Counted from the first letter of the stretch, positions 40,045-58,499 are shown. The stretch is 64,000 nucleotides of DNA from the human T2T-CHM13v2.0 reference genome, Homo sapiens (GCF_009914755.1 NC_060938.1), one strand, 5' to 3'. Notes: a model not told the origin generated them from the sequence alone. Made by a program: numbers and translations.

Positions 40045-40745
40045 TTATGACCTCTATTATTTCTGACAAGAAGTCCATTGTTATTATTATCATTGTCTAC
40101 GCTGTATGTAATGCACCATTTTTCTTTGACTACTTTTAAGATTTTTCTTATCTTTAGTTTTCCCAATATTACTGTGGTATATCCAGGTGTAGTTTTCTTT
40201 GTATGTATACTGTTTAGGCCCACAGAGATCCTTAGACTTGTGTGTTAGTGTTTTTACTTAAATTTAGATTTGGGGGAGGCTATTAATACTTTACATATTT
40301 TTCTGTTTCATTTTCTTTTTTTTTAATTCTAGGAATCCAATCACATATATATTAGATTTCTTAACATTGTCTCACATTGAGTTCTGTTTGAAGTTTTAAC
40401 TTTTTTCTAGGTTTCAATTTGATTAATTTCTATTGACCTATTTTCAAGTTCACTGATGCTTTCTTCTGGAGTCTCCAGTCTGCCTTCTAATACAGTGTTC
40501 ATTTCAGATATTGAATTGTCCAGTTTCCAAATTATTATTTGATTCTTTTTCTTTTTTATTTCTCTTCTGATATTTCTCATTACAGTGGAAATATACATAA
40601 TATATCCATCTTTTTCCTGTAAAAAATTTACTTAAACTTCTTCTCAACTAACTCAAATATCTGAGTCATCTGTTAGTTTGCTTCTTTTGCCTGGCTTTTT
40701 TCTTTTGATTATGAGTCACATTTTTCTGCTCCTTTTCATGCCTAC

Positions 40746-41636
40746 TTTTGACCTCAAAAAAGCCAGACTCTGTAAAATATTTAAAGAGGTTTCTTCTGAG
40801 TCTTATATTTGAGTGCTCATGTCCTGTGGCACAGCTTCAGGAGGTCCTAAGAACATGTGCCCAGGGTGGTTGGGTTATAGCTCGGTTTTATACATTTTAG
40901 GGAGACAGAAATCATAGGCAAAGACACACATCGGTACATGTAAAGTACATTCAGCCTGGAAAGGCAGGACATCTTGAGGTGAAGAAGGGTTGGGGTAGCT
41001 CACAAGTCCTAGCTGGATTCAAAGATTTCCTGATTGGTGATTGGTTGAAGAAGTTAAGCTTTGCCTGAAGAGTTGAAGTCAGAATAAAGAAATGCTTGAG
41101 TTAAGATAAGGGGGGGTTGCAGAAGCCAAGGTTCTTGTTACGTAGGTGAAGCCTTCAAGTAACAGGCTTCAGAGAGAATAGATGGTAAGTGTCTATAGGA
41201 CCTTAAAAGGTGTCAGACTCTCTGAAAAAGACCTAGTAAGGAAAAGAGATTCTCTAGAGAATGAACATTTCCCCTACAAAAGATGGCTTTGCAGGGGCTT
41301 TTCAAAATATGTTAAAGAAAATGTATTTTGGGGTAAAATACTTTGGTTTCCTTCAGGGCCTACTATCTGTCATGGGATGCTATACCAGAGTCAGTTTGGA
41401 GTGGGTATCATTGCTACAAAGAGTCTGTTTTGTTTGTCTTATGATCCCCATTGTAATATTAATGCTGATCCGTTGCGCCTTAATTCCAAAGGGAGAAGAG
41501 TATAATGGGCCATGTCTGATCTCCACTTGCTGTCATGGCCAAAACTAGTTTTTCAGGTTTCTTTGGATCCCCTTGGCCAGGAGAAGGATCCATTCAGTTG
41601 GTTGAGGGGCACATAGAATTTTATGTTTGGTTTACA
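40746..41636 (-). mobile_element. MER4-family (MER4D/E-like) ERV1 solo LTR
   Basis: 'actctgtaaaatatttaaagaggttt', 'tcaggaggtcctaagaacatgtgccc', 'ggttttatacattttagggagaca'; ends 'tttggtttaca'; near-TSD ctac/ctat. Confidence 0.85.
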
Positions 41637-42449
41637 CTATTAATTTTTGACCATACAATAAACATTATAGGCGATACATCATAGAAGCTCTGGATTCTAT
41701 TATTTTCCTTTAAAGAGTGTTTCCTTTTTTCTGGAAGGCAAATAAATAAGTGGCAGTCATTACTTTGGTCTGGGAGAGGCTTGCTTTAAGGTTTTCAAAG
41801 GGCGAGTTCCTTCCCATTTTTCCCTTAGTCCTAGAGTGTGGTCCTTAGCCCTGGAACATGGTCCTTATACATAAGGCATGGCTCCTTTGGCTTCCGTTGA
41901 AGGGATAACGTTTCAAAAATGGAACTTCAAGTTCTATCCCTCCTGAACTGGGCAGCTGATTAAATCTCTGCTTGGATCTTTCAGACTTCTAGGTGCTGCT
42001 TTTCACTGAGATTTTTAGAGTCTTTACTCATACATAAGCAGTTTAGGAGTTAGCTAAGATTTTGAAGAGGAATTGGTATGCAGATTTGGGGATACTTCCT
42101 TCCACCCCATGACTCTCTCCTTTCTTCCCCACTTTCAGCTTCTATGGTTTCTCTTAACCCAGGCCTCTGGTTCAGCAGCCTCTTTAGACTGTCACTTTCT
42201 GCTTGAGCTTATTCCTGCATGTGATACACACTGGATAGTGTCTCTCGGGGAAACATCATTTAAACATACATCTCACCTAATGTTTCCTTGTTTTAGGTGT
42301 CATGTCTTCTTAAGTCTTAGCCTGTTTCAGGTTTTTCTTAAATGTTCATTCAAATGGCTGTTTTTATATTTTGTCCAGAGTGTAATTATTGTCAGGAGAA
42401 AACAGAGTCTGTTACAAGCTATTCTGCCATTATTGGAGTACTCAGACTT

Positions 42450-46600
<4,151 letters not shown>

Positions 46601-46602
46601 TC

Positions 46603-46903
<301 letters not shown>

Positions 46904-47082
46904 TTATCAGAGTTTATTTCCCCTTTATTACTGAAGAATTTTTTTTTCAGGATATAGAATTTGAGGGTTGACAGTTCCATTCGTTCAGAACTCAGAAAAT
47001 GTTGTGCCACTTCCTCTTGGCCCTCATGGTTTCAGATGCAAAATCGGCTGTCATTTGGATTGGTGTTCCCCTAAGCATAATA

Positions 47083-47417
47083 CAGTCATGCATCACTTAA
47101 TGGTGAGGATACATTTTGATAGATTAGTCAGTAGGTAATTTTGTCATCATGCAAATATCATAGAGTGTACTTACACAAACCTAGCCTACTACACACATGG
47201 ACTCTCTGGTATAGCACATTGCTCCTCAGCTACACACCTGCATAGCGTTATACTGTAGTGAATACTGTAGGCAACTGTAATACTTCAGTCAGTGTTTTTG
47301 TATCTAAACCTATCTAAATGTAGAAAAGGTGCAGTAAAAATACGGTGTTATAATCTTATGAGATCACCATCGTGTATGCAGTTTATTGATCAAAACATCA
47401 TATGCAGCACATGACTG
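47083..47417 (+). mobile_element. Tigger3a (MER7A/Golem) DNA transposon, complete
   Basis: TIRs cagtcatg...catgactg with TA duplications on both sides; internal 'atcatagagtgtacttacacaaacctag'. Confidence 0.92.
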
Positions 47418-47587
47418 TATGTCATTTTTCTCTGGCTGCCTTCAGGAATTTTTCTTTGTCTTTGTCTTTAGTTTTCAGAAATTTGATTATGATTTTTCTT
47501 GGCAAGGATTTCTTTGAGTTCATCCTCTTTGGGGTTCTCTTCATGTCTTGGGTTTGTAAGCTTATGCTTTTGACAAACTTAAATTAA

Positions 47588-47678
47588 GTCCAAGGTGGGA
47601 GGATAACTAGAGGCCAGGAGTTCGAGACCAGCCTGGGCAACATAGCAAGGCCGCTTGTCTTTCTAAAAAAAAAAAAAT
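47588..47678 (+). mobile_element. FLAM/Alu left-monomer fragment
   Basis: 'gaggccaggagttcgagaccagcctgggcaacatagcaag' plus an A tail. Confidence 0.85.
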
Positions 47679-48335
47679 TGGCAAATTTCCAGCCTTTATT
47701 TACTCAGATCCTTTTAATGTCTCACCTTACTTCTCCTCTCCTTCTAGGACTACAGTGACAGGAATATTAGAACCTTTGTAATAGTCCCAGAGTCTCTGTT
47801 CATTTTCTTCAGTCTGTTTTCTCTCTGTAGCTCAGATTGGTCTGTCTTTGAATTCTATTGATCTGTCTTTGAGTTCACCACTTCCCTCCTCTGCCATCTC
47901 TAATTTACTACTGAAACCATCTAGTGAGTTTTTTTTTTTTTTTAATTTAGTTACTATACTTTTTCAGCTCTGAAATTTCCCTTTGGTGTGTGTGTGTGTG
48001 TTTTTTTTAATATCTTCATTTTTTTGCTGAGATTTCCTATCTTTCCATTTGTTTCAAGTATGTTCACAATTGCTGCTAAAGCATTCTTAAGATCGCTGCT
48101 TTATAATTCTTGTCAGATAATTCCAACATCTGATTCATCTCTATGTTGGCATTTGTTGACTTTCTCATTTCAGCTGTGATTGCCCCGGTTCCTGGTACAA
48201 TATGGCTTTTTTATTGTGTTCTGGATATTTTGAGTACTGTGTCAGGAGACTCTGTATCCTATTTAATCTTCCTCTTTAACAGGCAGTCATGCTGCTCAGG
48301 TGTAGTGGTCAGGCCTGGGTGAGGGTGTGGTTTTA

Positions 48336-48763
<428 letters not shown>

Positions 48764-49864
48764 CTAAACTTGCACTGCCTGTTTGCTGCTGAGTGGGGGT
48801 GGAAGTATGGTTCTCTGTTAAACCCCATTGACATCAGCAGGGTGGGGGCAAAGCTTCAGCTAGCACTGCCTCATTCAGCCTTACGCTGCCTCACCGGTTC
48901 TGGGTAGGGGGGATATATTCAGCTCTCAGCCGGACCTCACCAGCACCACTGGCTGATGGGACCATAACGCACGTGTGTAGGCTGCTTGCTCGGCCTTGCT
49001 GCTGCTGGGTGGGTGGAGATGGAGGTTGAGCTTCCTGATTGGTCTCTCTGGCAGGGAGGCAATCATTTCATTGGTTTGGCTGCAGTAGGATGGGTGTTTT
49101 AAAAAAGGTTTTCTGTTCTGCTAAGCTGCCATTTTATCTTTGGCTAGAGGAAACAGGCTTTTCTTATGGCTTTTTATTTTGTTTTTGTTTTTGTTTTTTT
49201 TGGTCTGTGCCTGTTGGTGGTTAGGGTGGCAGCTTCTCTAGCACCCAGTACAGGAGATACAGGAGGCAAAAAGAAAAGCCGAACACTCACTGCCATGCTG
49301 TTCCTATGGTTCCGAGGCCCCTGGGTCATCCGTCTCCTTCTTCCCATCTTTCAGAAGCTTATCAAGCTTGTTTGTTATGTCCAGAATTGTTGGGATTTTT
49401 TTAATCAAAAAAGAAACTAGAGAGGGAGGAGGGCCACTTTATCTTGCCTGGAACCAGAAGTTTCTACCTTTAATTTTTCCCCCAACCCTTTAATAAGGAA
49501 ACAAAATTCTCAAAGATCTCCCAAATTAAATCAGTGAATGCTCTCAGGGACTACAGTCCTCAGTGTGGAAGACACTGAATAAAACACCACAAAGAGTTTT
49601 CCCTGTATAACTAGTAAAAATCTTTTTAGATTATTATTAAAAAGAAAACACATGTCAAAAATATCCTCAGAGAATTTTCAAACTCCTGAAACTCCGTGCC
49701 CAGTCCCAGAGAGCTCAGTTTTGGTTAAGGAGCAAAATGTGGGTTCTGGCCTGGGTTCCCGTGCCCCTCACCTCCTCCCTCCAGCTGCTGGTGTTCTGTA
49801 CCTGACCGCTCCTTCTCCTTCTGGTTGCTGACCCTAGCTCTTCTCAATGTGGCCAAATGGGTGA

Positions 49865-50075
49865 CAAAGAGCTGGGTTCAATTCCTGGCCTTGCCACTCA
49901 CTGGCTGAGTGACGCTGGGGCAGTCTCTTAACTGCTCTATACCTGGGTTTGTTCCTGTGTGAAAATGGGATAAAAGCTGTACAAACCTTATAGGGTAGCT
50001 GTGAAGATTCAGCTAAAAAGTGTGTGTAAAAGTAAGAACGTAAGGGCAAATAGTGGGTTCTCGAGAACTAGTTTT
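49865..50075 (+). mobile_element. MIR SINE
   Basis: 'ctgggttcaattcctggccttgccactcactggctgagtgacgctggggcagtctcttaac...tgtgaaaatgggataa'. Confidence 0.85.
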
Positions 50076-51461
50076 CGAATGGATGGAAAAAGAGCCCAGC
50101 ACAGCGGCAGGGCTATAGCCATCACTCAATAGCGCATGATGTCATTTCTGCCTAGATAGACCCTTCTCATGATTCTAGACTCTTCTCCAGCAGCCATTCC
50201 TTGGCTGCCCCTGGGGTCCCCTTGACTCCAGCTTTCTGGGCTGCATCAGGGCTTTGAACAAATCCTTCAGGTTTTCCTTGACTGTGTCCACACTTCAACA
50301 CTTTTGGTAGATATTAATTGAGCATCTACTGCACACTTGATTTTCTTTGTCTATTCAGGCTGAATACCATAACCTGGGTGGCTTAGCAACAACAGAAATG
50401 TTTTTCTCCCAGTTCTAGCAGCTGGGACATCTAAGATCAAGGTACCAGCAGATGCTGAATTCGCTGGGGTCCTGCTTTCTGGTGCATAGACAGCCATCTT
50501 CTCTCTGTGTCTTCACATGGCAGAAGGGACAAGAGAGCTCTCTGGGGTCTCTTTATCAGGGCTCTAATCTCATTCATGAGAGCTCTGCCCTCCTGACCTA
50601 ATCACCCGCCAAAGGTTAACACCTAATACCATCACTCCAGGGATGAAATTTCAACCTATGAATTTTGGAGGGACAGGAACATTCAGTCTATCACATTCTT
50701 GCCATGCCCCCCACAAATCCATGTCCTTCTTACATGCAAAATACATTCATTATGTCCTAACAACCCTCAAAATCTTAATTTGTTTCAGCACCAACTCTGA
50801 AGTCTAAAATCCAAAGTCTCATCTAAACAGCATCTAAATCTGATATGGGTGAAACTCAAGGTACAACTGCCCGAAGCCAATCTCTCTCCACTTGTGAACC
50901 TACGAAGCCAAACGAGTTATGTGCTTCCAAGATCCAGTGGTGGGACAGGCATAGGATAGGCATTCCAAAAGGAAGAAATAGGAAAGAAGGAAGAAATGAT
51001 AGATCCAAGTAAGTTCAACAGTCCATTCACAGCAGCATCTGTTTTTCTAGCACCCACCTTCTGTCCCCTGTCCATGACCCAGTTCTGCATTTTTAAGGAT
51101 TTTGGTACAGCAGCACCCTGCTTTTTGCTACCATTTTCTGTATTAGTCTATTCAGGCTATGATAACAAAACTACTGTAGATTGGGAGGTTTCAAAACAAT
51201 AGAAATTTCTCTCCCATTTCTGGAGGCTGCAGGTCCAAGGTCAAGGCACTGGTAGATTTGGTGTCTGGCAAAGGTCCACTTCCTGGTTCACAGCTGTGCC
51301 TTCTCGCTGTGTTCATACATGGCAGAGGGGCCAATGTGTTCTCTGGGGCATTTTTTATAAGGGCACTAATCAATCCGATTTGTGAAGGCTTCATGACCTG
51401 ATCACCTTTCCAAGGCCCCACCTCCTATTGCCATCGCCGTGGGGATTAGGATTTCAGCCTA

Positions 51462-51826
<365 letters not shown>

Positions 51827-52104
51827 TACTCGAGCCAGGTAATTTATAAAGAAAAGAAGTTTAATTAGCTCATGGTTCTGCAGGTTGTACAGGCAGGTGC
51901 CACATCTGCTCCACTTCTGGAGGGGCCTCAGGGGGCTTTTACTGATGATGGAAGGTGAACGGACAGCAGGAACATCAACCGGTGAGAGAGGGAGCAAGGG
52001 TGGGGGTATGTGCCACACACTTCTAAACAACCAGGTCTCGCAGGAACTCACGTATGATCATGAGGACAGCGCCAAGGGGACAGTGCTAAACCATTCATGA
52101 GAAG

Positions 52105-52296
52105 CCCACCCCCAGGGTTTGTTCCGTCACCTCCCACCCACCCCCAGGGTTCGTTCCGTCACCTCCCACCCACCCCCAGGGTTCTTTCCGTCACCTCCCA
52201 CCCACCCCCAGGGTTCGTTCCGTCACCTCCCACCCACCCCCAGGGTTCGTTCTGTCACCTCCCACCCACCCCCAGGGTTCGTTCCGTCACCTCCCA
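52105..52296. repeat. VNTR, 6 x 32 bp (CCCACCCCCAGGGTTCGTTCCGTCACCTCCCA)
   Basis: Copies start at 52105, 52137, 52169, 52201, 52233 and 52265, with only single substitutions. Confidence 0.97.
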
Positions 52297-52365
52297 TCAG
52301 GCTCCACCTCCAACACTGGGGATTACAATCTGATAGGAGGTTTGCAGGGGACATAACTTCCAATC

Positions 52366-52710
52366 TGTATTAGTCCATTTTCATACTGCTATGAAGAAAT
52401 AGCCGAGACTGGCTAATTTATAAAGAAAGAGGTTTAATGGACTCACAGTTCCACACAGCTGGGGAGGCCTCACAATGATGGCGGAAGGCAAAAAGGTATG
52501 TTTTACATGGCGGAAGGCAAGAGAGCTTGTGTAGGGGAATGCCCATTTATAAAACCATAGATCTCATGAGACTTATTCATTACCATGAGAACAGTTTGGG
52601 GAAACTGCCCCCATGATTCAAATATCTCCCACTGGCCCTGCCCTTGACACAAGGGGATTATTACAATTCAAGGTGAGATTTTGGAGGGGACATGGAGCCA
52701 AACCATATCA
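52366..52710 (-). mobile_element. THE1 (THE1B/C-like) solo LTR inside MSTB
   Basis: 'tgtattagtccattttcatactgctatgaagaaa'...'gagccaaaccatatca'. Confidence 0.92.
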
Positions 52711-52761
52711 AAACCACATCGGCTCAGGTGGGTGATACAAGCATTTAGTCTATAGCACTGG

Positions 52762-53204
52762 TGGATTCTTTTCCTACTGCTCCCATAATCACCTTCCACA
52801 AATGTGGTGTCTGAAACAATACAAATTGGTCCTACAACTCTGGAGGCCAAAGGTCTGACACAGGGCTGAAACCAAGGTGTGGGCTGTTTCCTTGTCTGTT
52901 TCCTGGAGGCTGTTTCCTTGTCTTTTTCAACTCTAGAGGCTGTCCACATTCCTTGGCTAGTGGCCTCATCACCGCAACATCTGCTCCATGGTCACCTCTC
53001 CCCCTCTGACTCCAACCCTCTTGCTTCTCTCTTTCCTTTATAAGGACCCTTGCAGTTACGTTGGGCCCAGCAGACACTCCAGAGAGACCTTTCCATTTCC
53101 AAATCCTTAATTAAATCTGCAAAGTCTCTGAGCCAGGTAGGGTCACACAGTCATAGGTTCTGGGTACTGGACACCCTTAGGGGTCATTATTCTGCTGCCC
53201 ACAC
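52762..53204 (-). mobile_element. MLT1C/D-like LTR
   Basis: 'tctggaggccaaaggtctga', 'ctagaggctgtccacattccttggct', 'ataaggacccttg', 'atctgcaaagtc'. Confidence 0.8.
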
Positions 53205-54656
53205 CCAGCTGTTGCTCAGGAGCATGTGTGATGTGGCCCTTGTGTGGCCTCAGTGAGCCAGGCATTGGTTCAAGTAACAGAGAGGCTCTATCTACAGTCC
53301 TCTGAGAGAAAACTGAACAGGCCACCCCACCAGCAGACACTCTGGGGTGCCTGGCATGGAGCCACCCTTCTGATGGGGCCTCAAGGTGCCTGCAACGTCC
53401 ACACCCCTGAGGGCCTGGGCATCGCCTGCCTTGCAGAGGAGAGGAGGTGGCAGGAGCTCTTCCCCTCACCAGGTTCCCACGGGCAATGGACTTTTATGGG
53501 GTGTGCTCACTGCAGGGCTCCATGTAATTACTAAGTGAGGTTACAAGTTTCCTATTGCTGTAAAATTTAACCAGTTGAAGTCCCCTCATAAAAAAGAAGC
53601 ACTTCCCCGTGCAGATGTGCACACCCCGAGCAGGGACCTCATCTTCTGGGTTGAGCCTGCTCCCACCGGCTGCATCCTCCCCCATCCCCACCCTGGGCCT
53701 CCATCCTAAGAGTTCCAGGAAGTCTGGCACAGGGCAGCTTGCAGACGAGGCCCAGAGAGGGCAAGGGGCTTTCCTGAGCTCCTGCCTGGCTCAGGACATG
53801 GCTGGCACCCCACTTGGCCTGTGTCACCCCAGCCCAGTGCTCAAGCTCCCCTCACCCACCAGCCTGCACCCCAGACCTCTCTCACAAAGAGGGAAAGAGA
53901 ACACCCTCCAACTTCACTTTTTTCCAAAATGCCAGTCAGCCACGCAGAGGCAGCAGGAGGCCAGCACCACTGGAGGCCACACGCTAGGCTGGCTTTGGAA
54001 AAGGCAAATGTAAAATACACACCGGGCAGCTGCCTTCCCAGCCTGCAGGTGGAGGCCGGCGATGGCTGATGCGTGGGCTGGCACATGTCTGAGTGAGGGC
54101 TCACGGGGACATAAGTGGCCGGCGGAGAGCTCAAGTGCTTGCTGCCACCGCCCACAGCTCCCCTCTGCCACCACAGGCTCTGGTTTCTGTGTTCCCCGCA
54201 GTGGTGAGGGCGGCAGGGCTGGCATTTTGCAGTGACCCCTCGGGCTCTGTTGCTTGCACTTTCTCGCAAGTCTCTTCCAGGCCCTGAGCACAGGAGGCTT
54301 ATTGCCTGTCTGTTGTTTTAAAGAAAGAAGGCAAAATTATTTTTTTTACAAAACAGTATGGGCTTGGGAGAGAGAGCAAAGGCGGATGTGGAGATGCTGG
54401 CTTCTGCTGAGTCTCCTCTGCTGGGCCCCAGCCGGTCCTTCCCTCGATTCCCCTGCCACCAGGACCACAGTCTCAGAGAGAGTCCCTTCCTGGGTGGCAC
54501 TGTCTCCCTGGTATAGGTGAGGACTCTGGGCCCTGCCCAGTCCATCCGTTTCCACTTCACTGGAGGGACAACGTGGGCCTAGAGAGGGTGAGTGACTTCC
54601 CTAATGTCACAAAGCAGGTGGAGCGCGGCAGATCCAAACAGAAGGCTCTGCCTGGC

Positions 54657-54731
54657 AGGTGTGGGCAGGAGGCCAGGGGTGTGGGCAGGAGGCCAGAGGT
54701 GTGGGCAGGAGGCCAGAGGTGTGGGCAGGAG
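54657..54731. repeat. Minisatellite, ~3.7 x 20 bp (GGTGTGGGCAGGAGGCCAGA)
   Basis: Directly visible tandem copies. Confidence 0.95.
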
Positions 54732-55036
54732 TGCGTACCCTGCTAAAGACATGCCTCCAGGTCTGCACTCCACGTGGGCTCCTGGGTCAGAGTCAGGCAA
54801 TATACATGCAGATGAGAGGTGAGGCTCACTCAGGGCTCTCCGCACCTCCCTCCCACAGAACCCAGCCCTTGCCCAGGGCTGCATGCCCCCAGTGAGGCAC
54901 CATCACTAGAGGAACCTCAGATGGCAGCAGAAAGCAATACTCATTCCGTGGGTGACAAAACCAAGTGCCCATTCTAGTTGGTGTGAGCTAAGGCCAGCAT
55001 CTTGGGACATTTTTTGGCCAAATGAATGAAGGATGG

Positions 55037-55564
55037 TGTGGCAGACAGACCCCAAGGTGACCCCAATAGTCCCTCCCTCCCCACACTGTCCGTGCCTGTG
55101 CAGTCCCTCAGTGTGGGGGACCCAAGGCTGAATTCTAAGCAACAGAACATGGCATAGGAGATGAGTTATTGCAGATCGAGGCTGGTGGATTTTGGAGTAT
55201 TAATATCACACTTGGTGAGCCTGCGTTCTTCAGGCAGAAGCCCTTAAAGGAGGGCCTGGACCTCAGGGTCAGATGCTGTCTCCTGCTGGTCTTGAAGAAA
55301 CCAGCCTCCATGAGTTCTCGAGCCACAAGGAAATGAGTTCTGCCAGCAACCCCAATGAGCTTGGGAGCCAATTTCCCCCCAGTTAAGCCTCCAGATGAGA
55401 ATGCGACCCAGCCAACACTGATTGCAGCCTCATGAGACGCTGAGGAGAGGCCCCAGGTCAGCCAGGCCTGGACTCCTGCCCCACAGGAACTGTGAGAACA
55501 GAAACGTGTTACATCAAGCCATGCAGTGTCTGGCCATTTGCTGTGTGGTGGACATCGCTGACAC
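55037..55564 (+). mobile_element. MLT1E-like LTR
   Basis: 'tgtggcagacagaccccaaggtgacccca', 'cacaaggaaatgagttctgccagcaac', 'aagcctccagatgagaatgc', 'ccacaggaactgtgaga'. Confidence 0.8.
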
Positions 55565-56401
55565 CAAGGGAAAGGGCCAGGACATCTTCAGGAGTGAGGT
55601 CTGCTGGGCCACTCACCAGCAAGGCCACTTCAGCGGTGTCACCCGCAAAGTGGTGTTATTAGGCCTGGTTCTTCACAGCTGCTGTGCAGACCAAAGACAA
55701 TAAGAGAAGGGCAGGTGTCTCCTGAGCCGGACTCAGGCTGTTAGGGAGGGAGGGGGATGCTGCTGCCTCAGCATCGGTAACTGGGGCCACTGTACAGAAA
55801 GTGACATGGCCTGCGTTTCCCCCACCCACCTGGACCTCCCCTTAGGCCAGGTCCCTGGGCTGCACAGTGTGTGCTTAGGCTCATGAGCACCCCTAGGACC
55901 GTAGCCCATCAGCCAGTATGAGCTTTACAACATAGGCCAACCCCTTCCCACCCCAAGTCAGAGGCCTTGCCTGGCCCCTGTGGCACATCAGAAGCTCCCC
56001 TGCCATCAGCTTGGCCTGCTATCGAGGCCCCCAGCCTGGCCCTCCTGGACGCTCCTGATACAGGGCATTGCTCAGCACCTTGGAGCTCAGCACACGATTC
56101 CTGAACACGTTCTCTGGGTGGTGTCCCGCTGAGCCCTGGAGGAGACACAGGGGAGCCGGGGGCCTGCCTGGGTCAGCGTCCTCTAGGCATTCCCAGGCCT
56201 GGTACAGAGCAGGCACTTAAGAAATCCGGACAGGTCACACTGTCTGGGTAACGGTCATCTGCGTGTATTCCCAGGACTCTGGGCCAATTCCCTGTCCATT
56301 AAAAGGAGAGTCATTTGGCCATGATGTACTGCAGAGCTTAGAAGGACCAGACATGTGCGTGGCAGTGGCATAGGCGTGGATGGTAGGACATGTAAACATG
56401 A

Positions 56402-56829
56402 TGGTAGCAGATGCGCTGGGCCTGCCCTGCTACATCCCCTTGGATCTAACATTTCAGAGCGTGCCAGCCGCCATCCAGCTGCCAGTTGCTGCCTCTCTCT
56501 GCCTGAGGTGCTTTCTTTGAAGCTGCTAAGGTCTGCTCTATGCACACATGGCTGGCCCGAAATACTAGGAAGCTGACATCTCTAGGAGCAGTGCTGTCAT
56601 TCAAGGACCCCAGCGCTCCCCACTTCTGCATGGGGTAGCTCCAGGGCACATGCCCTACACTGACCCCTGGGGCTCCCCAGGAGGATTGTGCCTCAGTTTC
56701 TCCCAGTGGTAGCTTGCTTGGAAATGCATCCTGCCCCTTATTTGTGTTTACTGGGATCACCTCCAAAGAAACTGCTTGTACTAAAACCTTGTCTCAAGTT
56801 CTGCTTCTGGGGGAATCCAAACTAAGACA
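56402..56829 (+). mobile_element. LTR16-like ERVL LTR
   Basis: 3' end 'ctgggatcacctccaaagaaactgcttgtactaaaaccttgtctcaagttctgcttctgggggaatccaaactaagaca'. Confidence 0.75.
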
Positions 56830-57572
56830 ATAACTCAGAAATGGCCCCCGTCTTCAGGAAGTGTAACCGACAGTTACAACCGGACACAACACGAGCTGGT
56901 GCAAAGCACCAGAGTTACGCGAGAAGCCTGGTGTCCACCCGGTGTCTGCTGCTGTGACCCATATCCCAGTCTGGCATCCAGGGGCCTCCAAAGACACTGT
57001 TAGTCCGCGCAGAGATGGGAAAGAGTGGCCTTTCCTGGAAAACAGGCCCGCCTGCCAGAGCTGTAATCACAGAAGAAAATGACAACCATCCCAGCCAACC
57101 TTCGATCGCTGATTGAGGTAAACACAGTGGGAATAAAAGAAACCACCAGAATTCCAGCTCATTAGCGCTGAAACGTTACTAAGCTTGGAACATCGTCTTG
57201 CTGGGTCCCTCCAGACTCAGGCAGCCGGTGGAAAATACGGCTAATTCAAAACGGAGTGTGGGAGTCTTCTCCCTCCCAGGCCCGAGGGTCACGGATCTGG
57301 CTGCAGAGATGGTGGGCCCCCCGGCCAGGCCTGCTCAACTCTGTGACAGCAGTGATCTCATCCAGCCCTCCCGCCTTCCTGTGAGAAAGAGGCCATCACC
57401 CACTGAGGCCAGAGAGGGGCAGGGGCTTGCCTTGCTCATGCAGTAATGGGTGGTGGATCCACATCCATAGCTCTCTCCCCCATGTGCAAGTCAGCTCAAG
57501 CTCCCATCCTCAGCCCTCCCGGAGCTCCTAGGAGAGGGTCAGCCCCATGTACATCCTCCCCCTTGTGCAGAA

Positions 57573-57774
57573 AGGGCTCAGGAAACCTTTCTGTAAAGGC
57601 CCAGGGAGTAAACGTTTCAGGCATTGCAAGCTGCATACGGTCTCTGCTGCATATTCTTCTTTGCCTTTTTTATAAGACAAGCTTTCACACATGTAAAGCC
57701 ATTCTTAGCTCACAGGCCATGCAAAAAGAGGTCTCAGGCAGAACATGGACACGGGGTGGCATGTGCTGACCCTG
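57573..57774 (+). mobile_element. MER58 (C-like) hAT DNA transposon
   Basis: 'aacctttctgtaaaggcccagggagtaaacgtttcaggc...tgtaaagccattcttagctcacaggccat...tgctgaccctg'. Confidence 0.8.
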
Positions 57775-58499
57775 GGTCCACAGGGACAAAAATGTTCATT
57801 CTAGCACGAATTTCTCCACTTCTCCCTCTCACAGACTCCTACTCAGCCTTTACAACCCAGCTCAAATGTCCCCTTCTGCATGACCTCTTTCCCAACTTTT
57901 TTCCCCTAGGCACCTACAAATCCAGAACCGCCCCCTGGCCCAGCAGGGCTCCAGGACCCTGGCACCCCTCTCAGCGTTATTCACCTCCAGACTCTTCCGT
58001 TTATTCACTAGCTGTAGGGAGCCACTTCCACGTACCAGGGGCTATTCTAGGCAACAGGGCTGTAAGGGCGGGTGTCATAGTAATGCTGTTCAGTGTCAGA
58101 GTCACAGATGTCCAAAGCGACCCTGTGCAGGGAGACCAACTGCCCTGAGCTGGGCGTGGGACAGGGTGGGTGGAGACATGGAAATTCCCAGCCGTCCTCC
58201 AAGATGGAGAGCGATCACTGCCGCGTCCGAGCTAGAGACCCAGGCTTCTGAGAACCCGGAACAGCATGGAACGGACTAGATTGGGCAGCAGGAAGACATG
58301 GGTTCCTGAAAAGACTCAGAGAAGATGAGCACATGGCAGTGAAGGCCAGCCGGGCTCTGAGGTGGAGCTGGAGGCAAGATGTTCTTGTGGGGAGGGAATG
58401 GCACAGACAAAGTCTCCGAGGTGAGAAACTTGGAGCACGATTCAAGAGCAAGGACCAGAGTGGGCACAGGATGGAGAACAGGGTTTGAAAATTAGTCTA

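Larger units (their letters stand above)
39541..42445 (-). mobile_element. Old L1M ORF1/5' region hosting the MER48 and MER4 LTRs
   Basis: Minus-strand ORFs at 39963-40223 and 40407-40598 resemble L1 ORF1p (EESISELENRSIEINQIE). Confidence 0.7.

Noticed and set aside
52060-52080. REST/NRSE site (GGACAGCGCC)
   Set aside because: Only the right half-site is present, and it is part of ordinary MSTB sequence.
52105-52296. CRISPR-like array (32-bp repeats), also considered for 60587-60720 and 15912-16290
   Set aside because: The VNTR units are head-to-tail with no unique spacers, the degenerate array has no conserved repeat, and the DNA is primate with no cas genes.
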